DNA of 64,000 bases from a virus (IMGVR_UViG_3300033069_001378:128001-192000), one strand, 5' to 3'. Positions 39,506 to 49,361 are shown, counted from the first letter of the stretch. Notes: generated from the sequence alone by a model not told the origin. Translations and numbers: made by a program.

Positions 39506-41371
39506 TCAAACTATCATTCCAACAATGTCAAAGTCGAGGTATCTTATTTCGAAGATTCCTCCTATTGGCGGAAATACTATTCCTTTGTTTGTGTTTCCAT
39601 TCACATCAAACTGAACGTCCGAATACAATCTTGTATCTCCTGGTCCAGAAGCGGTAGCGTTAGAAGCTCCTGTGAGATTTGTAATGTTGATATCTGGAAC
39701 GGAGATTACACCTTGACTGTTGTAGATCAGGTTATTGATATCGGAACGAATAAGAGGTTGGTCGATTTGAAAGGCTCTTGTTGCAAAGAAGTTTTTGATA
39801 GATGATATAACGGTTCCAAGAACTGCGTTCTTGTTCATGTTTGGATCTGCCACAATTGAGAAGGTGATCTTCAAATTGATGACCTTTGCATCCAAGATAT
39901 CAATCGCATCAGAAATCAATCTGTATTCATTGAGGTATCTTGCAAGATTCTTCTTCAAGGTATCTGGAGATACGATGAGTTTGTTGCTTGGATCTCTAGA
40001 AATCACATAAAGCTGTGAAGCAAGAGGGTTATTTGGATTTGAATGGATAGCTGCTCTATAGACTCTTCCAAAATCTGATGGCATTGTGTAAATTCTTGAA
40101 ATCAAATCTGGTTTGCTTACAATTCTTCCTTGAGCATTTGAGTATTGTGGAATCTGTGCCCTTAGTTGGTCTATGGTAGGAGCATCCTCTCCTCCAGAAG
40201 CGTTTTTGTTATTGATTGTGCTGATACTGTTACGAACGAACTGTGCTGTTGAAACCGTTGGCTCGCCTGGGAATGCGATTTGAATGTTGGTAACGTTCTT
40301 GATAGAGTTGGCTGCGACGTTGTGACTCAGACCACCACCATAACGATATTGAATGGTTAGAGTTGAGTTTGGAACAACTGTACCAAGGGTTGTGGTTTGA
40401 AGCATGTTATTTGGATTGATTGTGAATCTTGAAACAACTCTCTTGCCGTAGAGTGGAACGGAAAACTGCGATGGATCTGGAAGAATGTCGTCGTTGAGAG
40501 TCTCAGATGATCCTCCACCGAAAGTCAAAGTGGTTAGCTTCGTGTTTACGTCCATTCTTTTCACAAATCTGTAGGGAGCAGGAGTTGGAATGAAGTTTTC
40601 CTTTACGATCTCCTTGTCATAGCTAAGATTTGGAAGTGCCTTGTATACAGTATCTTGAGTTAGGAATTCAACCTCGAAATATTCGTTTCCAAGATTGTCT
40701 GTAGCACGAATGATGCTTGAAACGTTTGGTTGTCCAAGTGTGAACTGCGTAAATGCCTTAAAAGCTCCAAAGCTAAGAGTTTCCGAAGCGAGAAGACCAG
40801 AGATGCAGTCTCCGTTCAAGGAAACGTAGTATGAGGTTGGATTGCTCTGAGCATCTCTTCTGCCAACTTCGTAACTTGCTTTGAACTTGCCTGTAGAGTC
40901 TGTTGCGGAAAAGTCCAGATCATCAACAAGCTGAAATTGGACACCATTGGTTGAAGTTACTGTTGTTCCTGCAAATAGCTTTGGCATTGCTGTTGCATCA
41001 GGCTTTGTTCTGTCAGCAGGATCAACGGGTATTTCAAAAGTGAAGGTTTGGCTAACAACTGCTGGAGAAGAGCCTACGATTGGTACGCTAGAACGTTCAA
41101 GGTGTCTCTGAATGTTTCTTGGTTCAACTGCCAAGAGAGGATCGAGTTCAAAGAACTGATGGTCTAGATAAAACGACGTTACGTCACCAATGTATGCAGG
41201 CATATCCATTAGAAGACCACTGAATGATGCATCAGAGTCATCTACAGGAGTATCTGGAAAGAAAGTACGCTTATACGTTAACAGATCAGCTCTAAAGCTA
41301 TCAAAATCCTTGTTTAGATAGCTTCTTTCTTTTACTCTCTTGAGAACTTCTCTTTTAGATTCGTTTGACAT
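39506..41371 (-). CDS. baseplate wedge subunit (T4 gp6 / baseplate J-like)
   Basis: YLNKDFDSFRADL, AYIGDVTSFYLD, IQYRYGGG, ASGGEDAPT...QGRIVSKPD. Confidence 0.85.
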   Translation of the reverse strand: MSNESKREVLKRVKERSYLNKDFDSFRADLLTYKRTFFPDTPVDDSDASFSGLLMDMPAYIGDVTSFYLDHQFFELDPLLAVEPRNIQRHLERSSVPIVGSSPAVVSQTFTFEIPVDPADRTKPDATAMPKLFAGTTVTSTNGVQFQLVDDLDFSATDSTGKFKASYEVGRRDAQSNPTSYYVSLNGDCISGLLASETLSFGAFKAFTQFTLGQPNVSSIIRATDNLGNEYFEVEFLTQDTVYKALPNLSYDKEIVKENFIPTPAPYRFVKRMDVNTKLTTLTFGGGSSETLNDDILPDPSQFSVPLYGKRVVSRFTINPNNMLQTTTLGTVVPNSTLTIQYRYGGGLSHNVAANSIKNVTNIQIAFPGEPTVSTAQFVRNSISTINNKNASGGEDAPTIDQLRAQIPQYSNAQGRIVSKPDLISRIYTMPSDFGRVYRAAIHSNPNNPLASQLYVISRDPSNKLIVSPDTLKKNLARYLNEYRLISDAIDILDAKVINLKITFSIVADPNMNKNAVLGTVISSIKNFFATRAFQIDQPLIRSDINNLIYNSQGVISVPDINITNLTGASNATASGPGDTRLYSDVQFDVNGNTNKGIVFPPIGGIFEIRYLDFDIVGMIV

Positions 41372-41375
41372 ATTT

Positions 41376-41858
41376 TCACATCACTCGTATTTCTACTTGT
41401 ACCATATCTTCTGTAATGTTCGCTGCTGGAACTGAATAAACGATAAATAGGTCTATGATGCCAATGTATCTGTTTTGTTCATAATTTGGCTTTGATTCAT
41501 ATGCGGTTAGTTCTACATACGGCATCCACTTTTTTACTGCTGTTTTTATTCTTGCCATTGCCTCGGAATCAAAGTCATCTTTGTTTGAAAACTCCGAAGC
41601 AAGCGGAAGAATGTTGGCACCGAAATCAACGATGCCAAGTCTTTCGCCGTAGTTGGTCGCAATCAGATTCCTAAGATTATCAGCAATCTGACTCTTGAGA
41701 GATTCGTTGGTTGTGAAGAGGTTTGAATCATAGGACAGCTCCAAAGGAGTCTTTATTCCAAAAGGAACCTGTGAAACGGTTTTGACCGCATCATAAGAGT
41801 CTCTTACCGTCTCAAGAATACCAACGTCTACGAATTTTAGTTTAGCCATAATGTTCAA
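41376..41858 (-). CDS. baseplate wedge protein, gp25/GPW-like
   Basis: QIADNLRNLIATNYGER...DFGANI, KWMPYVEL; adjacent to gp6-like gene. Confidence 0.85.
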   Translation of the reverse strand: MNIMAKLKFVDVGILETVRDSYDAVKTVSQVPFGIKTPLELSYDSNLFTTNESLKSQIADNLRNLIATNYGERLGIVDFGANILPLASEFSNKDDFDSEAMARIKTAVKKWMPYVELTAYESKPNYEQNRYIGIIDLFIVYSVPAANITEDMVQVEIRVM

Positions 41859-41874
41859 TACCTAAATACTTGTC

Positions 41875-42405
41875 TCAAGGAGTTCTGATGCCTGCTGCCG
41901 CAGTTGTAACTTGAGTCTGTTGAGTAATAACTGCTGCCTGATGCTGTTGAAATCTTTGAGTTGCTAGTTGATGGGCAGCTTGTCTCGCAGGTTCAATCTT
42001 GGCTGAAACTTCTGCAAATTTCTTTGTTATGTCAACCACACCAGATGCAAGCTGATTGGCTTTTGATTTAAGTTGTGCCAATCCTCCTACAATTCCAGAT
42101 AAAAAGAATGGAAGTTCGGCACTCAGTAAGTCTTGTGCCTTTGGCAAGAACTGGTCTATTCCACCAACTCCTGCAACTTGCGGAGTCTGTATTTGTGGTA
42201 CAGATGGAGTTGTAGGTGCTGTGAAGCCTAACTGTCCAGGTAAAGCCGTTGTTGCATTCTGAGTCAGTTGCTTTATTTGATTCTGCAACTGAGTTGCATG
42301 AGTATCAATGCTGTTCTGAACGGTTGTCAGTTGAGCTTGAGAGTTTATCGTGCTTGGAACAAGAGAAGACAAGGCACTGTTTGGATCTGGTAGTTGGAAA
42401 GTCAT
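41875..42405 (-). CDS. hypothetical Q/T/A-rich protein
   Basis: 176-aa ORF between hub and wedge genes. Confidence 0.55.
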   Translation of the reverse strand: MTFQLPDPNSALSSLVPSTINSQAQLTTVQNSIDTHATQLQNQIKQLTQNATTALPGQLGFTAPTTPSVPQIQTPQVAGVGGIDQFLPKAQDLLSAELPFFLSGIVGGLAQLKSKANQLASGVVDITKKFAEVSAKIEPARQAAHQLATQRFQQHQAAVITQQTQVTTAAAGIRTP

Positions 42406-42409
42406 ATGA

Positions 42410-44233
42410 TTAAGAACCGTAGATTATGCTTGAATGCTTTGTTCTGTTAACATTGTCATTCATGTTTGTCGTCTGTAATTGAGTGATTGTGTTTGTGCCT
42501 TGGTGCGTATGAGTTTGAACATTACTGTTTGGAGAGTTGACAGTATTCTCCCAAATAGTCTTCATAGCAATTGCCATAGCTGCTACGGCAGGGTTTGGTC
42601 CGTTTGGAGGACATACGTTTCCTGCTGTCGCTGCTGTGTTTACAGCCTCAAAGATTGCCGTAAGAGCTTGATATATACCATTTGAAGATCCACCTTGATT
42701 GTTTGCAAGCTGTCTTATCTGTTGTTGAAGGTTGTCAATTGTTTCTGCATACTTTGACCATAAAACATAAGGCTCTTGTTGGTCTTTTGATGGTCCGATA
42801 TAGATTTTCTTTGCCTGAACCTGTATTCCGTCATCGGTTATGTAGATATAGGCAAGGTCTTTCTCTTGTGTATCAAAGTTTGTTTGATCTCCGCGAGCCA
42901 TTTGGTCTTGTTGCCCAGAGATGCCTTCCTTAATCAAAAGAATTGAACCGTTCACACCCAGATCGGCATCTTTTCTTGCAACAATTCGAATGTGGTCGCC
43001 CTTTTGAACAACATAACTTCTGTTGAATGACCCAGAGATATCTTGAACTGTTGCTCTTGAAGCTTCTGGCTGAGTTACCTTCAATGAGTTGTTTGGATAC
43101 TGAATATCTGATAACCCAAAGTTAACGTCTGCTTCGGTTTGCATGGAAATCAAGATTCTTGCTGCGTCTTTATCAAAATCTGGATCTCCTTCCTTTGGAT
43201 TATTGGATACCCTTCCTCCATCTGAGCGTTTCTGACGGAATGGAGCCTTGTCCGTCTCGAAGCTTCCACGTTGGTTTTGTATGACTCTAGGAGCCGTCCC
43301 TACGGGCGTCTGTTCGCCAGCGGGACCAACCGAGAGGTCAGCAGCTTGATTGGTCACAGAGGAGTTATAGTTATTGTCTGCACTTGGCATTGCTCTGCCA
43401 CGTCCAACGATCAGGTCTATGGTTCCTGCAAATCCCTTTTTGTCGGTCTTGTTATTTCCGTTAACGTTTGGATCAACAGAACCAGAAACGTGACCAAACC
43501 TATCTTCTCCCATCATGATGAGAGTATTGTTAGAACCTTGAAGAACAAGTTCTTGTGGTCTTTTGTGCCAACGAGGTACCGGCTCTGGCGTGATCAACTT
43601 TGATGATGCTGCTTCTTTTGCAAAAACGTCATATGGATTTTGATCGTCTATTGGGGTTAATGTAACTGTTGTATCTGTTCCACCACCGTTTTGGAAATTT
43701 GGAGGAGAGCATTTGGTGATATCTTGTCTGTCTTGAATGGACCAATATCCAAGATTGTTCCTTGCATCATATTGTCTATCGTTATGTGTGTAGTTCACAT
43801 CTTCAATAGTTCCTTGACCATGTGGTCTTGTTATCCAATAGCCAAGTTTGTTTCCAAGGTTGGCATAGTCTTCATAGATGACATATACAACCTCTCCTGG
43901 CTGCACGGGCAACATGATATGAGAGGAAAAGAAAGGAAAGAGAATGGTATCCCTTGCATTGATGAGTCCTTGACCTGTAGATATAAGTCTTGCTATCACA
44001 GCATTTGCTGGAATGACTTCAACAAGCTCTGGATTGTTCACAATCAAAGCTATCTGCTGCTTGTAGTCATCTGAGAGTTCATCAGGGTTAACAATAACGT
44101 CCATAACAACAGCCCTGTGAAGGGTAGGCTCTGTTCCCTTCTTGGCTGCTTGCTCTGCTATCTCTTGTTGATTAGCATAGATGGCATTTTTGCCACCTGT
44201 GGTTTGAATTCTGGATGCGTTACGGTTAAGCAT
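42410..44233 (-). CDS. putative baseplate hub/central spike (gp5/VgrG-like)
   Basis: N-terminal OB-fold-like ILFPFFSSHIMLPVQPGEVV...YW, ELVLQGSNNTLIMMG, C-terminal HTH (His-x-His) tip motif; upstream of gp25/gp6. Confidence 0.6.
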   Translation of the reverse strand: MLNRNASRIQTTGGKNAIYANQQEIAEQAAKKGTEPTLHRAVVMDVIVNPDELSDDYKQQIALIVNNPELVEVIPANAVIARLISTGQGLINARDTILFPFFSSHIMLPVQPGEVVYVIYEDYANLGNKLGYWITRPHGQGTIEDVNYTHNDRQYDARNNLGYWSIQDRQDITKCSPPNFQNGGGTDTTVTLTPIDDQNPYDVFAKEAASSKLITPEPVPRWHKRPQELVLQGSNNTLIMMGEDRFGHVSGSVDPNVNGNNKTDKKGFAGTIDLIVGRGRAMPSADNNYNSSVTNQAADLSVGPAGEQTPVGTAPRVIQNQRGSFETDKAPFRQKRSDGGRVSNNPKEGDPDFDKDAARILISMQTEADVNFGLSDIQYPNNSLKVTQPEASRATVQDISGSFNRSYVVQKGDHIRIVARKDADLGVNGSILLIKEGISGQQDQMARGDQTNFDTQEKDLAYIYITDDGIQVQAKKIYIGPSKDQQEPYVLWSKYAETIDNLQQQIRQLANNQGGSSNGIYQALTAIFEAVNTAATAGNVCPPNGPNPAVAAMAIAMKTIWENTVNSPNSNVQTHTHQGTNTITQLQTTNMNDNVNRTKHSSIIYGS

Positions 44234-44241
44234 TGCTGATA

Positions 44242-44697
44242 TTAGCTCCTGTTGATTTGATCATAGAGGGAATCGTTACTGAACATTGTCTCTTCTGCTT
44301 CTTGAGACTCCTTGTCAACGAGGTCAGCCAACTTAATCAATTGATCGTTTGCTTTTGACATTCTTTCTAGATATTTGCTTAGGTTTATCCCGTGAACACC
44401 ATGGTTTGCCGCATCTCCTGCCACCATGTTATATAGATCACCAAAAAGAACATAAGCATTTCGCCTATCAATTAAGGCATTTTGGTAAATTTGCTTCCAA
44501 AGTGACTTTTTTTTCGCTTCTGTTGTTGACATTGAGTCCAAAAGTGCGTTAAAGTCATCCATGTTGCGGTCGTTCTCCGTATCTAGCTCGGCTGCCTTTG
44601 GAGGAACGAACTTTAGCTCCTCTGTTTCCACCTCTTCCAAATCAATACCAAGTTGCTTTGCTTGTTTGCTAACACCATTTTTGTTTTGTTTTGCCAT
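44242..44697 (-). CDS. conserved helical phage protein (possible terminase small subunit)
   Basis: 151 aa; LWKQIYQNA...KYLERMSKANDQLIKLADLV; the function is a guess. Confidence 0.5.
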   Translation of the reverse strand: MAKQNKNGVSKQAKQLGIDLEEVETEELKFVPPKAAELDTENDRNMDDFNALLDSMSTTEAKKKSLWKQIYQNALIDRRNAYVLFGDLYNMVAGDAANHGVHGINLSKYLERMSKANDQLIKLADLVDKESQEAEETMFSNDSLYDQINRS

Positions 44698-44737
44698 ATT
44701 TATTGAACTCCGTCCTATTTTGCTATATGAGATAAGT

Positions 44738-45361
44738 ATGTTTTACCCAAGTTTACAACATTTGCTAAAAGAAAACGAAAAAGAATCCATTGAGGACCAT
44801 CTGAGGATGCGTGGTGTAGACCCAAACCGCATTCATCTGTTGGTTGACAAGGATTCCAACACCGCTACGTTTTTGTTGTTCAACCTATCGGGAAAGCTGA
44901 TTGGGTACCAGCAGTACAATCCAAGTGGCACCAAGCAGGTCAGGCAGTCCAAGGACGAGAAGTACAAGGACTTGGCTAAGTATTGGACCTACGTAACCAA
45001 GGGTGGTGAATTCAACAACAAGCGAGAGATTGCTGTTTGGGGACTTGACACCTATGATTTGTCGTCGGAACTCTTTCTAACCGAAGGAATCTTCGATGCT
45101 GCCAAAATCCATAACGCAGGATATGCTGCCATTGCCACTCTAGCCAATGATCCCGAGCCTGTTCGGGAATGGCTTAGAATCATCGGCAAGCAGAAGAAGA
45201 TCATCGCAATTCTTGACAACGACAAGGAGACGAACGCAGGTAACGCTCTTCAAAAGTATGCTCACAAAAGCTATAAAACCCCCGATCCATATAAGGATCT
45301 AGGGGATATGCCTCAAGAGCTAGTGAACGACTTTATCAAGTCGATCGTCATCAATAGCTGA
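44738..45361 (+). CDS. stand-alone Toprim primase-like protein lacking a Zn-binding domain
   Basis: Start MFYPSL at 44738; HLRMRGV, LFNLSGKLIGYQQY, LTEGIFDA, ILDND...AG, KDLGD; only credible plus-strand gene. Confidence 0.8.
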   Translation: MFYPSLQHLLKENEKESIEDHLRMRGVDPNRIHLLVDKDSNTATFLLFNLSGKLIGYQQYNPSGTKQVRQSKDEKYKDLAKYWTYVTKGGEFNNKREIAVWGLDTYDLSSELFLTEGIFDAAKIHNAGYAAIATLANDPEPVREWLRIIGKQKKIIAILDNDKETNAGNALQKYAHKSYKTPDPYKDLGDMPQELVNDFIKSIVINS

Positions 45362-46103
45362 ACTCTTCGTTCTTCTTAATGTCTTTGTACTGCTTCTTTA
45401 GGGAAGACAGGCAGAGACTTAGTTGTTTTGAGTTTAGCTGTGTTATTTCTCTCACATAGAGAAGCAAAGCTCTCTTTGAGAAGAATTCAAGATTGTCAAT
45501 GTTGTCCATGATATCTCTAACGGCGGCAATGGTTAGCTTTTCATTTGTTGATTTAGCTCTGCCATCTAGTTCCGTTAGAATCTTGTCAAGATATATCTTC
45601 ATTTCCTTTGTTGAAGTTACTTCGTCATAGGATGGGATATAGTTGTGGCTTTCAATCTTCTCTGCATCGGCAACAGACATATTCTCTGTGTCGTCAATGC
45701 TGACGTACTGTTGAACCTTCTTAGCATTCTGCTTGCTCTTTATGGTAAGCCAATGCTTTGCAACTACGTTGAAGTAAGAGAATGCCTTGGAACTCTTTGT
45801 AACGTCGTACTTGTGTACGGTGCCATAAAGAAACTCCATGCACTCATGCTTTAGATCTTCTTTGGAGTCCAACTGAACCTTGAAGCCGTAAACGTTGATC
45901 AAGTTCTCAACAAGAGAATCAAACGCTGGAAGGATTTCCTTAACGTAAATGTACTCCTTCATTTGAGGAACCGATTCTTCTTGGTACCTTACGATTGCCT
46001 TTTGGGTGTCTTGAGTAAAGTAGGTCTTTGAAGGACCGGAACCAGGCTTCTTACGCTTGATCTTCCTTTTAATCAACTTGTCACCCTTGATTGGTGCTTT
46101 CAT
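45351..46103 (-). CDS. phage RNA polymerase sigma factor (gp55-like, probably late)
   Basis: YFT...AIVRY, LVENLIN.Y, EDLKHECMEFL...KYD...SKAFSYFNVVAK region-2-like motif. Confidence 0.75.
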   Translation of the reverse strand: MKAPIKGDKLIKRKIKRKKPGSGPSKTYFTQDTQKAIVRYQEESVPQMKEYIYVKEILPAFDSLVENLINVYGFKVQLDSKEDLKHECMEFLYGTVHKYDVTKSSKAFSYFNVVAKHWLTIKSKQNAKKVQQYVSIDDTENMSVADAEKIESHNYIPSYDEVTSTKEMKIYLDKILTELDGRAKSTNEKLTIAAVRDIMDNIDNLEFFSKRALLLYVREITQLNSKQLSLCLSSLKKQYKDIKKNEEFSY

Positions 46104-46657
46104 ATATTTCGCGCCTTTCTAGCGGCAGTCATTTCATCTGTTGTCATAAAGTAGACGTCTGCATCTTCTCCAAGCTCTTGCTTGAATCCAAGGATTCTAC
46201 TTGTAATGAGTTCGTCATTGATAGCCCCAGGCTGTCCTCTGACTTGCTCAACTTCTACGGGCTCTTCGTAAATTACGTATTGTTGTTTGCTACGTTCCAC
46301 AAACCTTTGTGCCATCTGTCTTACCTTAACTCGGCACATCATAACTTCTTGTCTTGCGGCATCTACAACAGGTCTAACGTGCTCAGAATCGAAGAAGAGT
46401 CTTAGAGAAATTACGTTTTCTAGGCTTTCTTCGCACTCTTTGAATGTTTGAAGGGTTGTAGCGATATCTTCTTCGAAGATAAGAATGATTCTCATGAACC
46501 GATATAGATAAAATAGAGATACAGAAAGAGCAATTCCCAAAACCGCGCTAAGAAACTTGAAATCATACAAATAGAATCCAAGAGAGAACAAAGCAATCGC
46601 TGCTAAGGTACCCAATATTCTATATACCCATTTATTCATAGCGTCTCCCTTGTTCAA
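46100..46657 (-). CDS. membrane protein, two N-terminal TM helices
   Basis: ILGTLAAIALFSLGFYL and FLSAVLGIALSVSLFYLY hydrophobic segments. Confidence 0.65.
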   Translation of the reverse strand: MNKGDAMNKWVYRILGTLAAIALFSLGFYLYDFKFLSAVLGIALSVSLFYLYRFMRIILIFEEDIATTLQTFKECEESLENVISLRLFFDSEHVRPVVDAARQEVMMCRVKVRQMAQRFVERSKQQYVIYEEPVEVEQVRGQPGAINDELITSRILGFKQELGEDADVYFMTTDEMTAARKARNI

Positions 46658-47862
46658 ATCTTGTCGTTGAAGATTTCATCATATCTCTTTGAGATAGCTT
46701 CGTGTGAGTATTTCTGGCGAATGGTTACTCCAAGATCCTTTGCCCATTGCTTTGGAATGGAAGAAGCTGCGTAGAACTTCTTTAGCTTAGCAATAGCATC
46801 TGGTTCACGAGCACTTGCCCACTTTGAACCTGGGATGAAGATTTGGTTATCGATTCTTGATTCATGAACTGGAACAAGATCCTTTTCAACCTTGACCCAC
46901 TTGCCTTCGTTTAGGAATTCTGTATGAGCAGACCAGTCGGTTGCGATAACAGGAAGGTCCGAAGCTGCTGCTTCAAGCATTGGAAGACCAAAGCCCTCGC
47001 CTCTTGTAAGAGAAATCAAAGCTTTCACCTTTGGGTTTCTATACATGTTGGCAACTTCTTGATTGTCCATATCGCCATGAAGGATATAGACCTTTGGACC
47101 CTTGGAGTCCTTGTACTTCAATTGCATTTGTAGCTGTGTGAAGAGCGACATAACCTGTGCTCTGTCAACAGAGGTGTTTCTGCCTGCATTGGTCTTAACG
47201 ATGATTCCAACGTTTTCGTTATCCTTGAAAGCTTCGTAGAGAGCCTTCATGGTGTATCCAAAGTTCTTTCTGTCGTTCTCTGGATTGTTACCTGTTAACT
47301 GTCCGAAGAGTAGGAAGTTGAAGTCTGTTGGGATATTTTTGAACATATCAACAACGTCAACTGTTGTGTTTGCCACTTCTTCTGTGAATGACTCAGGGAT
47401 CACAACGATGTTTGTCTTGATTTCCTTGTTGATCATCTTTGCTGTGTTGACAAAACAGGTCTTTGTGAACTCGGATGGAACAATAACCAAATCCATTCTG
47501 TTAATACCGTCAATCCAAACAGGATTGCAGATATCAGTCTCTACACCAGCGGTCACACCGATGTTATAGTTAGCAGCAAAAGCATTCCATTCGTTTGGAA
47601 GTTGGACTTGAACAGATAGGTCATAGGAATCAAGCTTCTTAGCATTCTGAATCATCCAGCCTGGAAGACCTTGTGTGTTTGTGATCCAAGGTGTGATTCC
47701 CCAAGGTAGAAGTTCAAAAGATACGTCTAGCTTGTCTGCACCAACAGCATTTTGCTTGTCGAAGAACCATTTTGCAATTTGACGAGCATGTACGCCATAA
47801 CCACTCTCGGTAATGAATGGACCTCTTAGCAAGACATTTTTCTTTTTCTGTTCTTCGCTCAT
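46654..47862 (-). CDS. GT-B glycosyltransferase (GT4-like)
   Basis: SGYGVHAR, VPSEF, RKN, RGEGFGLPMLEAAA...PVIATDWS. Confidence 0.9.
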   Translation of the reverse strand: MSEEQKKKNVLLRGPFITESGYGVHARQIAKWFFDKQNAVGADKLDVSFELLPWGITPWITNTQGLPGWMIQNAKKLDSYDLSVQVQLPNEWNAFAANYNIGVTAGVETDICNPVWIDGINRMDLVIVPSEFTKTCFVNTAKMINKEIKTNIVVIPESFTEEVANTTVDVVDMFKNIPTDFNFLLFGQLTGNNPENDRKNFGYTMKALYEAFKDNENVGIIVKTNAGRNTSVDRAQVMSLFTQLQMQLKYKDSKGPKVYILHGDMDNQEVANMYRNPKVKALISLTRGEGFGLPMLEAAASDLPVIATDWSAHTEFLNEGKWVKVEKDLVPVHESRIDNQIFIPGSKWASAREPDAIAKLKKFYAASSIPKQWAKDLGVTIRQKYSHEAISKRYDEIFNDKI

Positions 47863-49361
47863 TGTGCTACTCCTTGTGCTGTTACCTTTTTAAGACCCAT
47901 TGGCTTCTTCTCTATAAGTGCTTGATCGTTTGCAATTGCTTGTGCAGATGGTTGTGGCATCTTGAACTGCTCTTGTGGACCGATGATTTTTGGCATTACT
48001 GCCTGTGGTTGATCGATTCTTGTTCCGGCAGATACAACTTCTTGAAGTGTCCAACGACCATACTTGTTTCTGTTATTGTTCTTGTAGTCTGTGATACAGG
48101 TATCCATTGTGGTATCCCACTTGTTTACCATATCATTGTAGTTGAATTCGAAATCAACATAGTCAACGCAACGCTTTTCCATTGCGTCCTTTTCTTCTTC
48201 TGTCATTTCATAAATCTTCATGAACGCATCAACAATATCTTGTGTTCCTGCGTAGTCTTCATAGATGTATGGAACTTGTTGTGAGCCGACGAGAAGTCTC
48301 TTACAAGGTTCAATAGCAACGCCGTGTTCAAAGCCGTCTCTCCAGTCAATAACCTGGCGTGTTTCGCCACCTGTCTTTAGAGCAACGATTGGCTTACCAA
48401 CTTGTAGCGAGGTCAATGTTGAAAGACCAAAACCTTCGTTCTTTGAGATATTTACAACTCCGTCAACGATGTTATGAAGAACGTTCATTTGTTCAAATTG
48501 AAGCTTCTCAACGGAGAACCATACATTGTCTTGGATTCCTAGCTGTTGAGAAACAGCAATGATATCTGGACCTTCTGGATCCTTTGGATCTGTGTGCATT
48601 ATGAGAACGGCTCTCTTATGACCATGCTTTGCTTGCAGATTGTCAATGAACAATCTCCATGCTTCCATGACGTCAGATGGACACTTTCTCGTAGCATTTC
48701 TGTTAACCCAAAGCATCTTGTACCAGTCTGCCTTGTCCCCGAACTGTTGAGCAGCTACATTTGCACGAGTTGCCTTGTCAAGTGGGAAATATACGTTCTT
48801 TGGAAATGCGTGAGGAATGTAGTTTGTCTTCTCTGGGAAATTTGGCTTAACAAGCTCGTATGTCTTGTGAGAAAGACAATTGATTAGCTCTGTTCCTTCA
48901 TACCATGCACGATTGAAAGCAGGATATGGATCGTTGTCCCATACGTGCCAATAAACAATTGGACAGACTTGCTTTATTTCGTCTTCCATTTCCCATAGCC
49001 AAGTGAACTGGCGAGGATCTGTGAAGATAAAGATAGCATCTGGCTTTTCTGAAATGAGAATGGAACGGATCATATCCTTGGTTCCAAACCCATCAACAGG
49101 TTGAATGATGAAGTCTTCGTTCACTTGAATGGTTCTGTAATCCGAGTGCTTCATAGCACCACCCAAACAACGGAACGTGTACTTTCCTGTATCAATCAAG
49201 CCATTGATCAAAAATCTTGCCTGAACTCCTACACCACTTGTTGCAAGTGGATGATCGGATAAGAACAAAATCTTGTGCTTCTTTTTTGGCTTGAAGAAAA
49301 AGTCTTCTTCATTATCATCTTGAACGCTGATTGTGCTTGTCTGTGGTTCTGTCATTGTCAA
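47859..49361 (-). CDS. GT-B glycosyltransferase (GT4-like)
   Basis: SDHPLATSGVG, NRNATRK, NEGFGLSTLTSL..GKPIV. Confidence 0.88.
   Translation of the reverse strand: MTMTEPQTSTISVQDDNEEDFFFKPKKKHKILFLSDHPLATSGVGVQARFLINGLIDTGKYTFRCLGGAMKHSDYRTIQVNEDFIIQPVDGFGTKDMIRSILISEKPDAIFIFTDPRQFTWLWEMEDEIKQVCPIVYWHVWDNDPYPAFNRAWYEGTELINCLSHKTYELVKPNFPEKTNYIPHAFPKNVYFPLDKATRANVAAQQFGDKADWYKMLWVNRNATRKCPSDVMEAWRLFIDNLQAKHGHKRAVLIMHTDPKDPEGPDIIAVSQQLGIQDNVWFSVEKLQFEQMNVLHNIVDGVVNISKNEGFGLSTLTSLQVGKPIVALKTGGETRQVIDWRDGFEHGVAIEPCKRLLVGSQQVPYIYEDYAGTQDIVDAFMKIYEMTEEEKDAMEKRCVDYVDFEFNYNDMVNKWDTTMDTCITDYKNNNRNKYGRWTLQEVVSAGTRIDQPQAVMPKIIGPQEQFKMPQPSAQAIANDQALIEKKPMGLKKVTAQGVAQ

Noticed and set aside
44561-44737. 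N-terminal extension of the plus-strand Toprim ORF
   Set aside because: Overlaps the 151-aa minus gene antisense; ATG at 44738 is the plausible start
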